DNA of 64,000 bases from Octopus sinensis (lineage: Eukaryota), in the NCBI RefSeq assembly GCF_006345805.1, contig NW_021832713.1:42240-106239 (forward strand), written 5' to 3'. The position numbers and the translations under genes were made by a program. Below the pieces are notes generated by a model. That model was given only the letters and a program-made list of their open reading frames with translations, made no database searches and had not been told where the DNA came from. Of the stretch, positions 1-11,682 are shown piece by piece (the first letter of the stretch is position 1; each line of letters begins with the position of its first letter).

Positions 1-227
1 ACACAGCACACACTCATACATACACGCACACAATTATACATACATGTATACACACATTCGCACAATCAAGCACACACGCACACATACACATAGTAAAGTA
101 CAGTTGCTCCCCACACACAAAGCCCCTTACGCATACACACATACACAGCTCAGTTCAATATGTAACCGCGTGTGTATCGTTGGGGATTTTCTTTTTCCGT
201 CTTCCCTTTCTTGAACATTTCCTTTTC

Positions 228-360
228 CTATGTTTCTGACGAAGAGCTCCGCTCGAAATGTTAAATCCTCCTTTATTTCTTTTCCTGGGCGTCCAATAAC
301 ATTATACCTGTACCACGTCCTCGCGTTGTTGTGTTTTCTCTTTGTTCATGCTTGGAGTAA
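228..360 (+). mobile_element. Penelope-like terminal repeat (pLTR) fragment with a minimal hammerhead-like motif
   Basis: CTGACGA-A-GAGC-TCC-GCTC-GAAA-TGTT at ~237-263, followed by AT-rich sequence ending in (TA)n. This motif type is typical of PLE ends. Confidence 0.55.
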
Positions 361-416
361 CTATATATATATAATATATTATATATATATATTATATATA
401 TATATATATATATAGT

Positions 417-593
417 TATGTGACAATTATTCAATAGCCAAGATAAAACTCTGAGTTTCGGATGCCGAGGTGGAAATCCACAACACCATCTCTTCGGTTA
501 ATGACCAGATAACCGAAGAGATGGTGTTGTGGATTTCCACCTCGGCATCCGAAACTCAGAGTTTTATCTTGGCTATTGAATAATTGTCACATA
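417..593. repeat. Perfect 84-bp inverted repeat with a 9-nt spacer (probable inverted PLE terminal repeat)
   Basis: 417-500 is the exact reverse complement of 510-593 (checked base by base). Spacer is ATGACCAGA. (TA)n lies on both sides of the larger unit. Confidence 0.9.
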
Positions 594-690
594 TTATTTT
601 ACAGATAAATTTCCTCTATTTACATAATATTGAGGTCTCTTTCTTTCTTTTGTTATCTTACCGTTTTTACCAATATATATATATATATAC

Positions 691-856
691 TGCTGTACTC
701 TTTCGCCACAACTTTCTCTCACTCTTTCTTCTGTTGGCCTGCTCGCTTAGCCAGCGGGGTGGCGTCATTTAAAGGCTAAAACAATGCGAAGCGCATTGTG
801 ACCAGCGATGTGTAGCAACATCTGATAGCCTGGTCGGTCACGGTGATCACGGTGAT
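691..856 (+). mobile_element. SINE-B 3' part with tail type 2 (head missing)
   Basis: Matches the body and tail of the copy at 9310-9600 (ctgctgtactctttc...ggcctgctcgcttagccagcgg...ggtcacggtga). Confidence 0.8.
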
Positions 857-1377
857 ATATATATATACATACACATACGTATGTTTTGGAAATATGGAAC
901 CAACATTCCTACATTGTGTAGGAATTAAAATTTGCTATACAGTAGATAGTCTGAATATATCTACACACAAATGTGAAACTATTAATAGGTGTGAAATAAT
1001 TATGTTAATGTTAGTTAATGTTATCAATTCCAATGAATGCTTATCTAAATCTAATCAATGAAATATAACTGTCCTATATTTGTATATATTATGAGCTGCA
1101 TATACTGAGCTTGCGCAAATGAAACGATAAAAGTGCAATGATGAGATAAGAATATTCTCTCCAATTCTCTCTCCATTTGTTTCTCTGTCTCCCTCTTTCA
1201 CACTTTCTGTTACACAGACATCTAGATACCTATACATGTATACAGTATCGCATCGCCATTTATTATTTGTTTAGTTGAGAACTCCTAAGACTTACCTAGC
1301 CTACCAAATGCCATTTACCGATTAACTCTATAAGGTTTATTCTCTAAATTTGCATTGTTCCTCAGTTTTATTTTATA

Positions 1378-1772
1378 CTAGCAGTATCGCCCGGCGTTGC
1401 TCGGGTGTGTAAGGGAAATAACTATATAAGCATTTTTAGAGATGTAAAATATAATAGCCATCTCAATATGGCTAACCACAAAGGGGGGGGGGGGTACTGT
1501 AGCTTTTTACGTTCTGAGATTTAATAATTTTTTAGAGAGTTACTTCCCTTATATATGCCAAAAATGCATTAAAAATGGGAAAAATTGATGATAAATTTTT
1601 TTCTAAATCGTAGACTCATCGTAGACGCGCGCTAATACCCAGAAGGGCTCGATATGAATCACGACTATAAGATACCCGGTTTTGGTTAAACTGCACCGCA
1701 AAATGTGGGAGTAGTTAGGAATCTAAATCGTAGGAGACAGACAGCACACAACCTCACTTTTATATATAAAGA
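1378..1772 (-). mobile_element. Non-autonomous Helitron, copy 1
   Basis: On the minus strand: A|TC 5' end, subterminal hairpin CCCGAGCAACGCCGGG, CTAG|T 3' end, no TSD. Four near-identical copies occur in the window. Confidence 0.85.
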
Positions 1773-2006
1773 TTTTCACGTAATTTCTTGCCTTAATAAT
1801 TACAAGGGATTGCGGAATTGTTTCTTCATGTCAGCCCTGGTCCAGATAATCATCACCTCGTTCCTAGACGGTCGAACGTGAAGTTTTAATCTCTATTACA
1901 TTGCAGTTCTATATTGAAGAGATGAGGAATTATGTACATTATTTACATTATTTTCATTTGACGGATATATGCCCCCATCTTGTTTGTTGTTAACTCTTTG
2001 CGTCAT

Positions 2007-2200
2007 TGTTTGTCCCCCACCACCATTTGACAACCGATGTTGGTGTGTTTATATCCCTATAACTTAGCGGTTCGGCAAAACTAACCGATAGCGTAAGTAG
2101 CACCAGGGTTAAAAAAAACATGATAAGTATTGGGTTCGATTCATTCATCCTTCGAGCCGGTGCCCCAGCATGGTCGCTGTCTGAAAGAAGTAAAAGATGA
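2007..2200 (+). mobile_element. Diverged SINE-A 3' half
   Basis: tgtttgtcccc...tgacaaccgatgttggtgtgttt...cttagcggttcggcaaaa...ccagcatgg matches the SINE-A tail. Confidence 0.7.
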
Positions 2201-2403
2201 AAGATAAAAGTCAAACTATTTGTCGAAGACTATAAGGATTCTGCCGATCGATTGTTCTACCTTCTTACACATTGTGATTAACTCTATGCTGCGCAACGTT
2301 CCAGTCAATAAATGCTGTATTTTCTCTGTGAGTTGCTCCCTGTTTTTTTTGTTTCAAGATTTAGAAATCTAATCATAAGCAAAGTTCAATTCCTTTGTAA
2401 AAA

Positions 2404-2792
2404 TGGAATGGAATGGAAGCACACCGTCGGTTACGACGACGAGGGTTCCGGTTGATCCGAATCAACGGAACAGCCTGCTCGTGAGATTAACGTGTAAGTG
2501 GCTGAGCACTCCACAGACACGTGTACCCTTAACGTAGTTCTCGGGGATATTCAGCGTGGCACAGAGAGTGACAAGGCCGGCCCTTTGAAATACAGGTACA
2601 ACAGAAACAGGAAGTAAGAGTGAGAGAAAGTTGTGGTGAAAGAGTACAGCAGGGATCACCACCATCCCCTGCCGTGGAGCTTTTTAGGTGTTTTCGCTCA
2701 ATAAACACTCACAACGCCCGGTCTGGGAATCTGAACCGCGATCCTATGACCGCGAGTCCGCTGCCCTAACCACTGGGCCATTGCGCTTCCAC
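2404..2792 (-). mobile_element. tRNA-derived SINE-B, tail type 1
   Basis: Minus-strand head with A-box tggcccagtgg and a B-box-like segment. Near-identical to the copies at 31.7k, 36.8k, 41.3k and 54.9k. Confidence 0.85.
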
Positions 2793-3967
2793 TAAAAATA
2801 CAAAGTATAACGAGGGAAATTTGGCTGTTGTTGATAACAGATCAAGCGTCAGCACAGAGGCTACCTTGTTGGCTAATATGTCCCACCTCGATTCTAGTGT
2901 TGGCAATATTTGAGGCGTATAAGACGGTATCGGTCGGAACATAGCAGCTGCTAGTTCTATTTTCTCATTGGTATGTCGAAATCTCAGCGCGGTGTGGGCG
3001 ACTCTAACAACAAATAACTACCCTCGGCGTCCCGGCATATCACATGCAACACTAACTCCTTTGTGTACTGTAATTATCACGAATGAGAAGAATCTATGCG
3101 AGTATATATCAAATGCATTACTAATGTAATATAAGCTGTTCAGTAGCTAACGTTTTAATGTACTTATAAGCTGCTGGTTTACGTTCTTACGAGGTTATAT
3201 CTACTTAGGGCTTTGACATCTGTCATTGAATATTTTACAACTGTCAACAGCATTTGTACGATTGAATCGCTAAACTTGGCTCTGTTAGAATACTTGGCTA
3301 TGTTAGAATACTTGAAATGAAATTTTCAAGATGTGTACTTTGGAAAATATTGTTTCAAAACCTTTAAGGATTTTGAAAGACTCGATATACAATTGAAATG
3401 TTGCAGATGACAGATGCAGATATCCTCCTGACCTTTCTATTACACATATCCTAAATATGCCGGTCAATGTACTTTAGACAGGTGGTTAATTGGGAGCAAT
3501 GACAAATAGGTCGGTGTACATCTCTACCGTTCCTGCTACGGCAGCGGCATATGATAGATGGCTTCACATCGTTCTGTTACGCGGCGGCGATTCTTGAAAT
3601 TTGATTAAGAGTTAATTTTACGAAAGCCAAGAACCACATGGAATCTTGTTATGAGTTGTTAATTCATTCTTCTCGTGAGATTTACATTTAAAGTTACTGT
3701 TAGAAATAGATGAAAAAGTTTGAGCCACCATACCGAAATGTTAATTGTCGATGATAATAATAGACTTTAGGCCTACAATCTGTGATGCTGGAGCCAATAT
3801 TAAACGTTCACATTAAGAATATTCAATTTATGCGTTTGGAGAGGAAAGTAGAGCAATTTTTATTTGCATAATTTTTTTTTTTACTTTCCTTCGTACATAT
3901 GAAGGTGTGTCGAAGAGTAATGCAAATAAAATGTGCATTACTTTTTGGCATCTCCTTCTAGATTCTG

Positions 3968-4360
3968 TTATTCTTTTACTTGTTTCAGTCATCTGACTTC
4001 GGCCATGCTGGAGCACTGCCTTTAGTCGAATAAAATCGACCCGAGCATTTCTTTGTAAACTTGGTACTTATTCTACCAGTCTCTTTTGCCGAACTGCTAA
4101 GTTACGGGGTCGTAAACCCACCAGCATCGGTTGTCAAGCAATGTTGGGGGGACAAACGCAGACACACAAACACACACACACATATATATATATATACGAC
4201 GAGCTTCTTTCAGTTTCCGTCTACCAAATCCACTCACAAGGCTTTGGTCGGCCCGAGGCTATAGTAAAAGACAATTGCCCAAAGTGCCACGCAGTGGGAC
4301 TGAACCCGGAACCATGTGGTTCGTAAGCAAGCTACTTACCACACAGCCACTCCTACGCCT
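3968..4360 (-). mobile_element. tRNA-derived SINE-A, full length
   Basis: Head aggcgtaggagtggctgtgtgg (A-box) and ggttcagtccc (B-box), internal (TA)/(TG) microsatellite, tail gaaacaagtaaaaga. Confidence 0.85.
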
Positions 4361-4392
4361 ATATACTTATATATATATACATATATATATGC

Positions 4393-4447
<55 letters not shown>

Positions 4448-4453
4448 TATATG

Positions 4454-4484
<31 letters not shown>

Positions 4485-5204
4485 TATATTATATATATAT
4501 ATATGTATGTATATACATGCGTGTGTGTGTGTGTGTGTGGTGTTATTGCAGAATCATCAATGTATCGGAAAAATACCTTGTGGTATTTGTTCGAATCTCG
4601 CCGAAGTCAAATTTACCTTTCACCCACAATTGAGTTCTATAAAATATGATTACAGTAAAACAATAGGTCAGGTGGTATCGATGAACCAGCATCCCCCAAA
4701 ATTGCTTTATCGTGTCTAAAGTATAAAAAAGCATAAAGACGAGGATCAAAGGGGAAATGAAATTGTGGAGGGGATGAAGAACAATGGCAGCGAAGTAGTA
4801 TACGTGTCTATATTCATAAGGCTTGTAGGATTTACTATATCGATAAACTCATGTCGACTCGAACGTCAACGATTATGATCGTTTAAAACGAATATTGATT
4901 TCCCACAGGCGACTGTATTTAATCATTGATTCTTAAAGTAGGCACAAAACGTTAAATTTGGAGAGAAGAGTAGTCAATCGTCTCGAATCCCGAGCATGAT
5001 TGCTTCATTATTTTATCGACCCATGGAGGATGAAAGGAAGGCAAAGTCGATTTCGACGGGATGTGTAGAGAAAGGGATGTAAGTAAAAACAAGAAAAAGC
5101 ATTATATTCCATGCTCTAACGATTATGTCATTCCTATGCCTTGTATTTACACACATACACACCACTTATGCACACACACACACGAGCGCGAGCGCTAAAC
5201 AATA

Positions 5205-5708
5205 ATAATAATTTATCGACCTCGAAAGGATGAAAGGCAAAGTCGACCTCGGCGGAATTTGAACTCAGATCCTAACGGCAGACGAAATACCTATTTCTTT
5301 ACTACCCGCAAGGGGCTAAACACAGAGAGGACAAACAAGGACAGACAAACGGATTAAGTCCATTATATCGACCCCAATGCGTAACTGGTACTTATTTAAT
5401 CGATCCCGAAAGGATGAAAGGCAAAATCGACCTCGGCGGAATTTGAACTCAGAACGTAACGGCAGACGAAATACCTATTTCTTTACTATCCACAAGGGGG
5501 TTAACACAGAGAGGACAAACAAGGACAGACAAACGGAATAAGTCGATTACATCGACCCTAGTGCGTAACTGGTACTTATCTAATCGACCCCGAAAGGATG
5601 AAAGGCAAAGTCGACCTCGGCGGAATTTGAACTCAGAACGTAACGGCAGACGAAATACCGCTAAGCGTTTCGCCCGTCGTGCTAACGTTTCTGCCAGCTC
5701 GCCGTCTT
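5205..5708 (-). mobile_element. SINE-C concatemer (one head plus two further head-less units, the last partial)
   Basis: A ~178-bp unit is repeated. Each 3' end (...agtaaagaaata) joins directly to ggtatttcgtctgcc inside the head. Confidence 0.85.
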
Positions 5709-6030
5709 AAGCAAGTTTCTTACCACACAGCTACTCCTGCGCCTATTGTTATTTTCTAACATGCAGAAAAGCAAAATTGGCAATTCAAATACTCATTCGT
5801 GATGAGACCAGAGAAAATTTGCAATAACGATAAACCCCGTTCTGATCACGTGAATATTGCCGACAAAATCCTACAATAAGAATGCAAATGTTCTAAATGG
5901 GTTAATGAGATTAACTCCACTGATTAGTTCCATGATTTACTTAGAACTACAAGGACAACCAAAACATAAAAAAATAAGAATGAATTACCTATTATATAAA
6001 ATCAGTTCTGTCTGTCTGTGTGTCTTCTAG

Positions 6031-6134
6031 GATCTCGGGCATCCTCCATCCGATTGCGCTCAAATTCGATATGTAGATATCGACGGTATCAGGGGGTTTA
6101 TAAATCTTGAAAATATTAGAAAAATCGATTCCAG
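6031..6134 (+). CDS. Candidate internal coding exon of an unidentified gene (DLGHPPSDCAQIRYVDIDGIRGFINLENIRKIDS)
   Basis: Acceptor tctgtctgtgtgtcttctag| and donor CAG|GTGAGA. Only one of three frames is open (phase 0 to phase 2). Unique sequence. No protein family recognised. Confidence 0.5.
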
Positions 6135-6328
6135 GTGAGAATGCGATCAATAAAGCCGTGGGAACGTGCATTTGTACACGTAAGTACATCGGCTGTTGTG
6201 ATGTACTTACTGGTACTTTAAACTCTTCGGTTGCATATTGTGTGAATAAAATCGTTTTTCTTTGGAATAGAAAAAAAAAACCCTATCTTTATTTCTTCTT
6301 TTACTGGTGTCTCAAATTTAGGTTAAAT

Positions 6329-6388
6329 CAGTGTTTCTCAAAGGGGAGGCCTATGGGACGGTCAGACATGTTGTTTTGAGAAAACCTG
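6329..6388. mobile_element. 60-bp hAT-like miniature element
   Basis: TIRs CAGTGTTTCTCAA / TTGAGAAAACCTG (11 of 13 match). Flanking 8-mers GGTTAAAT / GTTTAAAT match 7 of 8, consistent with an 8-bp hAT TSD. Confidence 0.6.
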
Positions 6389-6856
6389 GTTTAAATGTTT
6401 GACTCAGCACCGTCCATTGGATGGGGGGGAGGGTCGTTTTGCTCGTATAGAAATATAATTCAATAAAATAAAATAAGTATATGAAAAATAACAGTAAAAT
6501 TTCTCTCTCAGCCATTATCACGTCCAAGGGAAAATTTCTCCCCTTCTTCTACTTCTTAGCAAACCCTAAATCTCTCTGACTCTTAAACTGAAAACAACCG
6601 CAGATGGGAGCAACGGCGGTCACCAGTCAAATTTCACACGCGTGTGATGTGTGTGTGTATATATTTATGTAGGTGAGTGTGCGTGCGTATGTGCGTGTGT
6701 GTGTATGTGTGTGTGTGTGTGTTTCAGAAAACACAGCCTCCTGTGCTTTCCAAAATGGAGGCGAAAACCTTTTTCCATATGGTCACCTTGAAAGGGTGTT
6801 GAGACACCTAGGATATTTTCCTAATTTTCGTAACAGGAAACCAATGGTAGCCTAAA

Positions 6857-6910
<54 letters not shown>

Positions 6911-6914
<4 letters not shown>

Positions 6915-7058
6915 TAAATATGAGGGTAGCAAAAAATTCTAGAAAAAATTCTTCGTTACCAGCGGTCTAGTGAGAAAGAAAAGATAGTCAAAGACTATAT
7001 AATATACATTCAAAAATATAAGGAATGGCCATAATAGGACATTCGACTCGCTCTTTCT
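6911..7058. mobile_element. Family G repeat (homologous to the palindrome arms at 60186-60431)
   Basis: agggtagcaaaaaatt...ccagcggtc.agtgagaaa...gactatataatat...aaaatataaggaa. Sits between two (TA)n tracts. Confidence 0.7.
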
Positions 7059-7541
7059 AGTATATATATATATATATATATATATAATAAACACTGTAAT
7101 AATATGTCATAATATTTATTCTCCGATTTTAACCGACAATTTTTAAATATAAACAAATGACCGAAAAGTGATGACCTAGCCCCAAGCTGAATCGAACATA
7201 CAAAGCCACGCTTACACGGCTCCTTGCAAATCCGATTAGCCATCACTTTCGGTCAAATTTAATTATTATATACTTAAACTGTCTAATACTGCATATAATA
7301 TTTTTATAAACAAGCCCGAAAGGCTTTCTAAGTTATGGAGAGAAATCTATAATGGAAGACTCAGTATAATAACTGTATAATGATATATCATAATAATATT
7401 CATCTCCGATTTTAAGCGACAACTTTTAAATATAAACAAATTTAAATATAAACAAATTATCATACTATGAGTTTTCCATACTGGGTTTCTCTCTGTAAAT
7501 TACAAAGACTTTCGAGTTTCTTTATAAATTATTATATGTAG

Positions 7542-7597
<56 letters not shown>

Positions 7598-7742
7598 AGT
7601 AAAGAGTAAAAGAGGAATAGGTGAGACTAGAATTGGTAGCATACCATAATAATACTACCGGCTATTATTTGGGAATTCAAAGGGTGAACCAGTTCTATTT
7701 GTACTGTAATACGTTCTTAACGGAACACACCTCAACTATATG

Positions 7743-7819
<77 letters not shown>

Positions 7820-8805
7820 TGTATGTATGTATGTACATGCACACATGCATATACATATGGATGTCTGTGCGTGTGCGTGTTTTATGTGGAAGTATATATG
7901 TTTAGCCATTAATATGATAATAGACTGCACACAAAACAGTTTACCTAACAGCCAGCGTACGAATTGTAACAGAAATCGGTTCGTATCTAAAACCACAACT
8001 TTGTGTAATGGTCCGATTTATAAACTTTGTGACGAAATCTGAGAATACATGAGAATTAGTGGGATTGAGGTTTTATATTGCACTGCTCCAGTAAAAAAGA
8101 AAAAAATGTGCCGAGCCGCTGAGTTTTTCTCCTCTTTCATTGACCAGATATATTCTGCATAACCAACACTTTTTTTTCTGTAGAAATTGATGACAGATTG
8201 TCTTATAAGTTCGCTCTCCGGAAATTAGTCGAAAACAATTGTAAAACGAAAAGATATATATAAGTTTCAAATTTAGTTAATGGAGTTTCTTCTATAAGAA
8301 AAGTCATTATTTTATTTTTTAAATAAATATTGTTTAACTCTATTTGCTTATATATTTAACTATTATTGTAAACATGAAGAGTGACTATAATTTTGAATTG
8401 AATTGATTTTCGATTAAATTTAACTTTAATTGTAATTCGAATTTAATTATAGACATGAAACGTACGTAGATTTGTTTACTTATTATATATTGATTATTCA
8501 TTTTCATACTTTTTGTGATCTAGTTATATGTTTTATATAAATATATTTTATTTTTTATTTATGATGTGGTTTATGTCTATCATTGGTTGAATTGCATAAT
8601 AGTGCATTTTTTTCTCTAATTTATATATATATTGATATCTAATTGTAAGATACAAGGAGTTAGGTGTAAGAAGTTAGTAAGCTTCGATTACTCCGTGGTA
8701 AGTATAAAAATCAACTTCCAGGACAATAACAGTTTATTGACGTTGAAGTTTGTAAGCTTTTCCCATATCGAATTTCGATAGGCTGAAAAAAAAAATTTTC
8801 TCTAG

Positions 8806-8870
8806 TCCACGTTTAGTAACAAATGTTGCTATGTATGCGAATAAAAGTCCTAATCGAGGGAGTAGACCAG
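8806..8870 (+). CDS. Candidate next exon (phase 2 to phase 1; PRLVTNVAMYANKSPNRGSRP)
   Basis: Acceptor ttttctctag| and donor CAG|GTAAAA. Open frame, phase-compatible with exon 6031-6134. Confidence 0.3.
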
Positions 8871-9268
8871 GTAAAATCCAGGCTACATGTGTTTCCTGAT
8901 ACTCGGAAGTAATAATTACTCAACGACGAGTATACCACTAGCTTCTCAGCAGGATGAAGATACCTTAGATATATGGTATAACATATACACACAAAAAAAT
9001 TCAGGGTGAATACTTGATAATTGTAAGCACCTGTATATGCCATTTAGTGGTGTAGGTGATAGAGTATATTTATCAAAATAAAAACATGATGCAAAGGATT
9101 TAGCGGTACATATGTTTCTGGCTTTTATTAGACGGTTTATATCAATGCATAATTGATGTAATTTGTATGTCAATAGATTCTTCAGCCGCGTACAATTACT
9201 ACTCCAAGGACATGTATTACATTATAAGTTTTACGTTGGGGATGCAAATTTTCATAGTCGTGCGATTT

Positions 9269-9309
<41 letters not shown>

Positions 9310-9600
9310 GTGGAGGCGCAATGGCCCAGTGGTTAGGGCAGCGGACTCGCGGTCGGAGGATCGCGGTTTTGATTCCCAGACCAGGCGTTGTGTGTGTTAA
9401 TTGAGCGAAAACACCTAAAACTCCGGCAGGGGGAGGTGATCCCTGCTGTACTCTTTCACCACTCTTTCTTTCACTCTTTCTTTGTTGGCCTGCTCGCTTA
9501 GCCAGCGGAATGGCGTCGTCCGAAGGCTAAAACAATGCAAACGCATTGTGACCAGCGATGTATAGCAACATCTGATGGTCTGGTCGGTCACGGTGACGGT
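9310..9600 (+). mobile_element. SINE-B with tail type 2
   Basis: Same head as the tail-1 copies (gtggaggcgcaatggcccagtggttagggcagcggactcgcgg) but a different 3' region. Confidence 0.85.
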
Positions 9601-10050
9601 AATATACATATACACACACACATACACATACACACACACGCACACACACACATACACACACACATATATTATGTACACACACACATACATCTATTTGTGC
9701 GTTTTTGCACCTGGGTTTGACACAAGCCACACCCTGACTGCCAATATTTATGTGTCTACGTACCCGTAACATACCAGTTCGGCAAAAGGTAACCGATAAA
9801 ATAAGTACCAGACTTATAATAAATATATACATAATTACTGGAGTAGATTCGTTGGTATAAAACTATCCAGTACGCGTCCAGCATGGCCGCACTCTAATAA
9901 CTGAAGCATGTAACTGTGCGTGTGTGTATGCATGTGTGTGTGCCTGTGTGTGAGTCTGTATATATATGTGTGTATGTATATACAAATATTCATATAATGA
10001 ATATAATGTTTATATATACGTGTATATATATATATGCGTATACATATATG

Positions 10051-10090
<40 letters not shown>

Positions 10091-10099
10091 ACAACTTTG

Positions 10100-10145
<46 letters not shown>

Positions 10146-10254
10146 CATACACCACATATATATGCACGTATATATACATATATATACATACAAACATACA
10201 TATTTACGTTCGCACATACATACACACACATATATATATATATCATATATATTA

Positions 10255-10298
<44 letters not shown>

Positions 10299-10480
10299 AT
10301 ATATATATATATAATATAATATATATATATATATATATATGTGAAGACATACGTATACACAAACATACACACGCACATACGCACATGGGCACATACACGT
10401 ACACAGAAACACAAATCACACTCGTACACAAACACATATGAACATATCTATATGAATGTGTGCATATATTGTGTATTCTT
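9600..10480. repeat. Compound (CA)/(TA)/(TG) microsatellite field with a degenerate SINE-A tail (~9745-9910)
   Basis: Visible dinucleotide runs, which are the source of the many YIYI/HTHT ORFs. Confidence 0.85.
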
Positions 10481-10957
10481 AGGGACGAAGCCATAAAAAG
10501 TGCTCAATACCAACTCTCCGTTGGAAGTGCGTTGCAAACCGAAAGTGAAAGTTAAGTCAAACACCGTATCCACTCGGTCTCCATGGTAATTCAACACAAA
10601 TTAATAATTGACATATTGCACAAAACAGATACTAGACATTTAAACTTGTGAACGTTTGTTGCTCACAAAAAATATTGCATCGAACGACGTCGAAGTAGAG
10701 TTTTCTGGATCAAAGGGCGGTAAGCTTCAAAGACGGATTTTTCTGAAAAACCGGTGTGATAACACCGACTTTGATCTCAACGACTCAAGTGAAAAAGCGC
10801 ATTGCACTCCAATCTGATGGATGTTGGCGGTTGTGTTTATTGCCGCTGCTAACTGTTGCTACTCTGCTGCTGCTGCTGCTGCTACTGCTGCTACTGCTGC
10901 TGCTCCTGTTGTTGGTACTGTTGTAGTTGTTTAATATCCGTATCGTTTCATTGACAT

Positions 10958-10996
<39 letters not shown>

Positions 10997-11186
10997 TATA
11001 CACGCATACATACAGAGACATATATACGTATATGCATGTATACACATATACGTACATACATATGTACGAATATGTATTCATATACTTATTCGAATTCTCA
11101 AGAACAAAGAAAAACGGTGTGGAACTTCAAAGAAAGATTTTTACAACTGCACTACAAATACAGTTTATTACACACACACACACACG

Positions 11187-11227
<41 letters not shown>

Positions 11228-11269
11228 CTTTATATATAGACATAGAGAGAAGGAGATAAAGAAAAAGAG

Positions 11270-11306
<37 letters not shown>

Positions 11307-11322
11307 ATATATATATAGTATA

Positions 11323-11358
<36 letters not shown>

Positions 11359-11384
11359 TGTATGTATGTATTATTTATTCTTTC

Positions 11385-11648
11385 ATTCTTTTCTTTGTTT
11401 CAGTCATTTGACTGCGGCCAGTCTGCAGCACTGCTTAAAGGTTTTTAGTCGAATGAATCAACAACTGCAGGACTCATTTTTTTTGTAAGCCTAGTATTTA
11501 TTCTATCGGTTGTCTTTTGCCGAACCGCTAAGTTACTTTTATGTAAACTCATCAACACCGGTTGTCAAGCGATGATGGGGAGCAAACCTGAAAACACACC
11601 CCATTTATATATATATAATATATATTATATATATATTATATATAATAC

Positions 11649-11682
<34 letters not shown>

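Noticed and set aside
3407-3475. LRRCT-like DDRCRYPPDLSITHILNMP exon
   Set aside because: The donor is weak, an in-frame stop follows shortly, and similarity is marginal.
10625-10800. LDL-receptor class A-like [18 protein letters not shown]
   Set aside because: The required cysteines are missing and there is no acceptor in frame.
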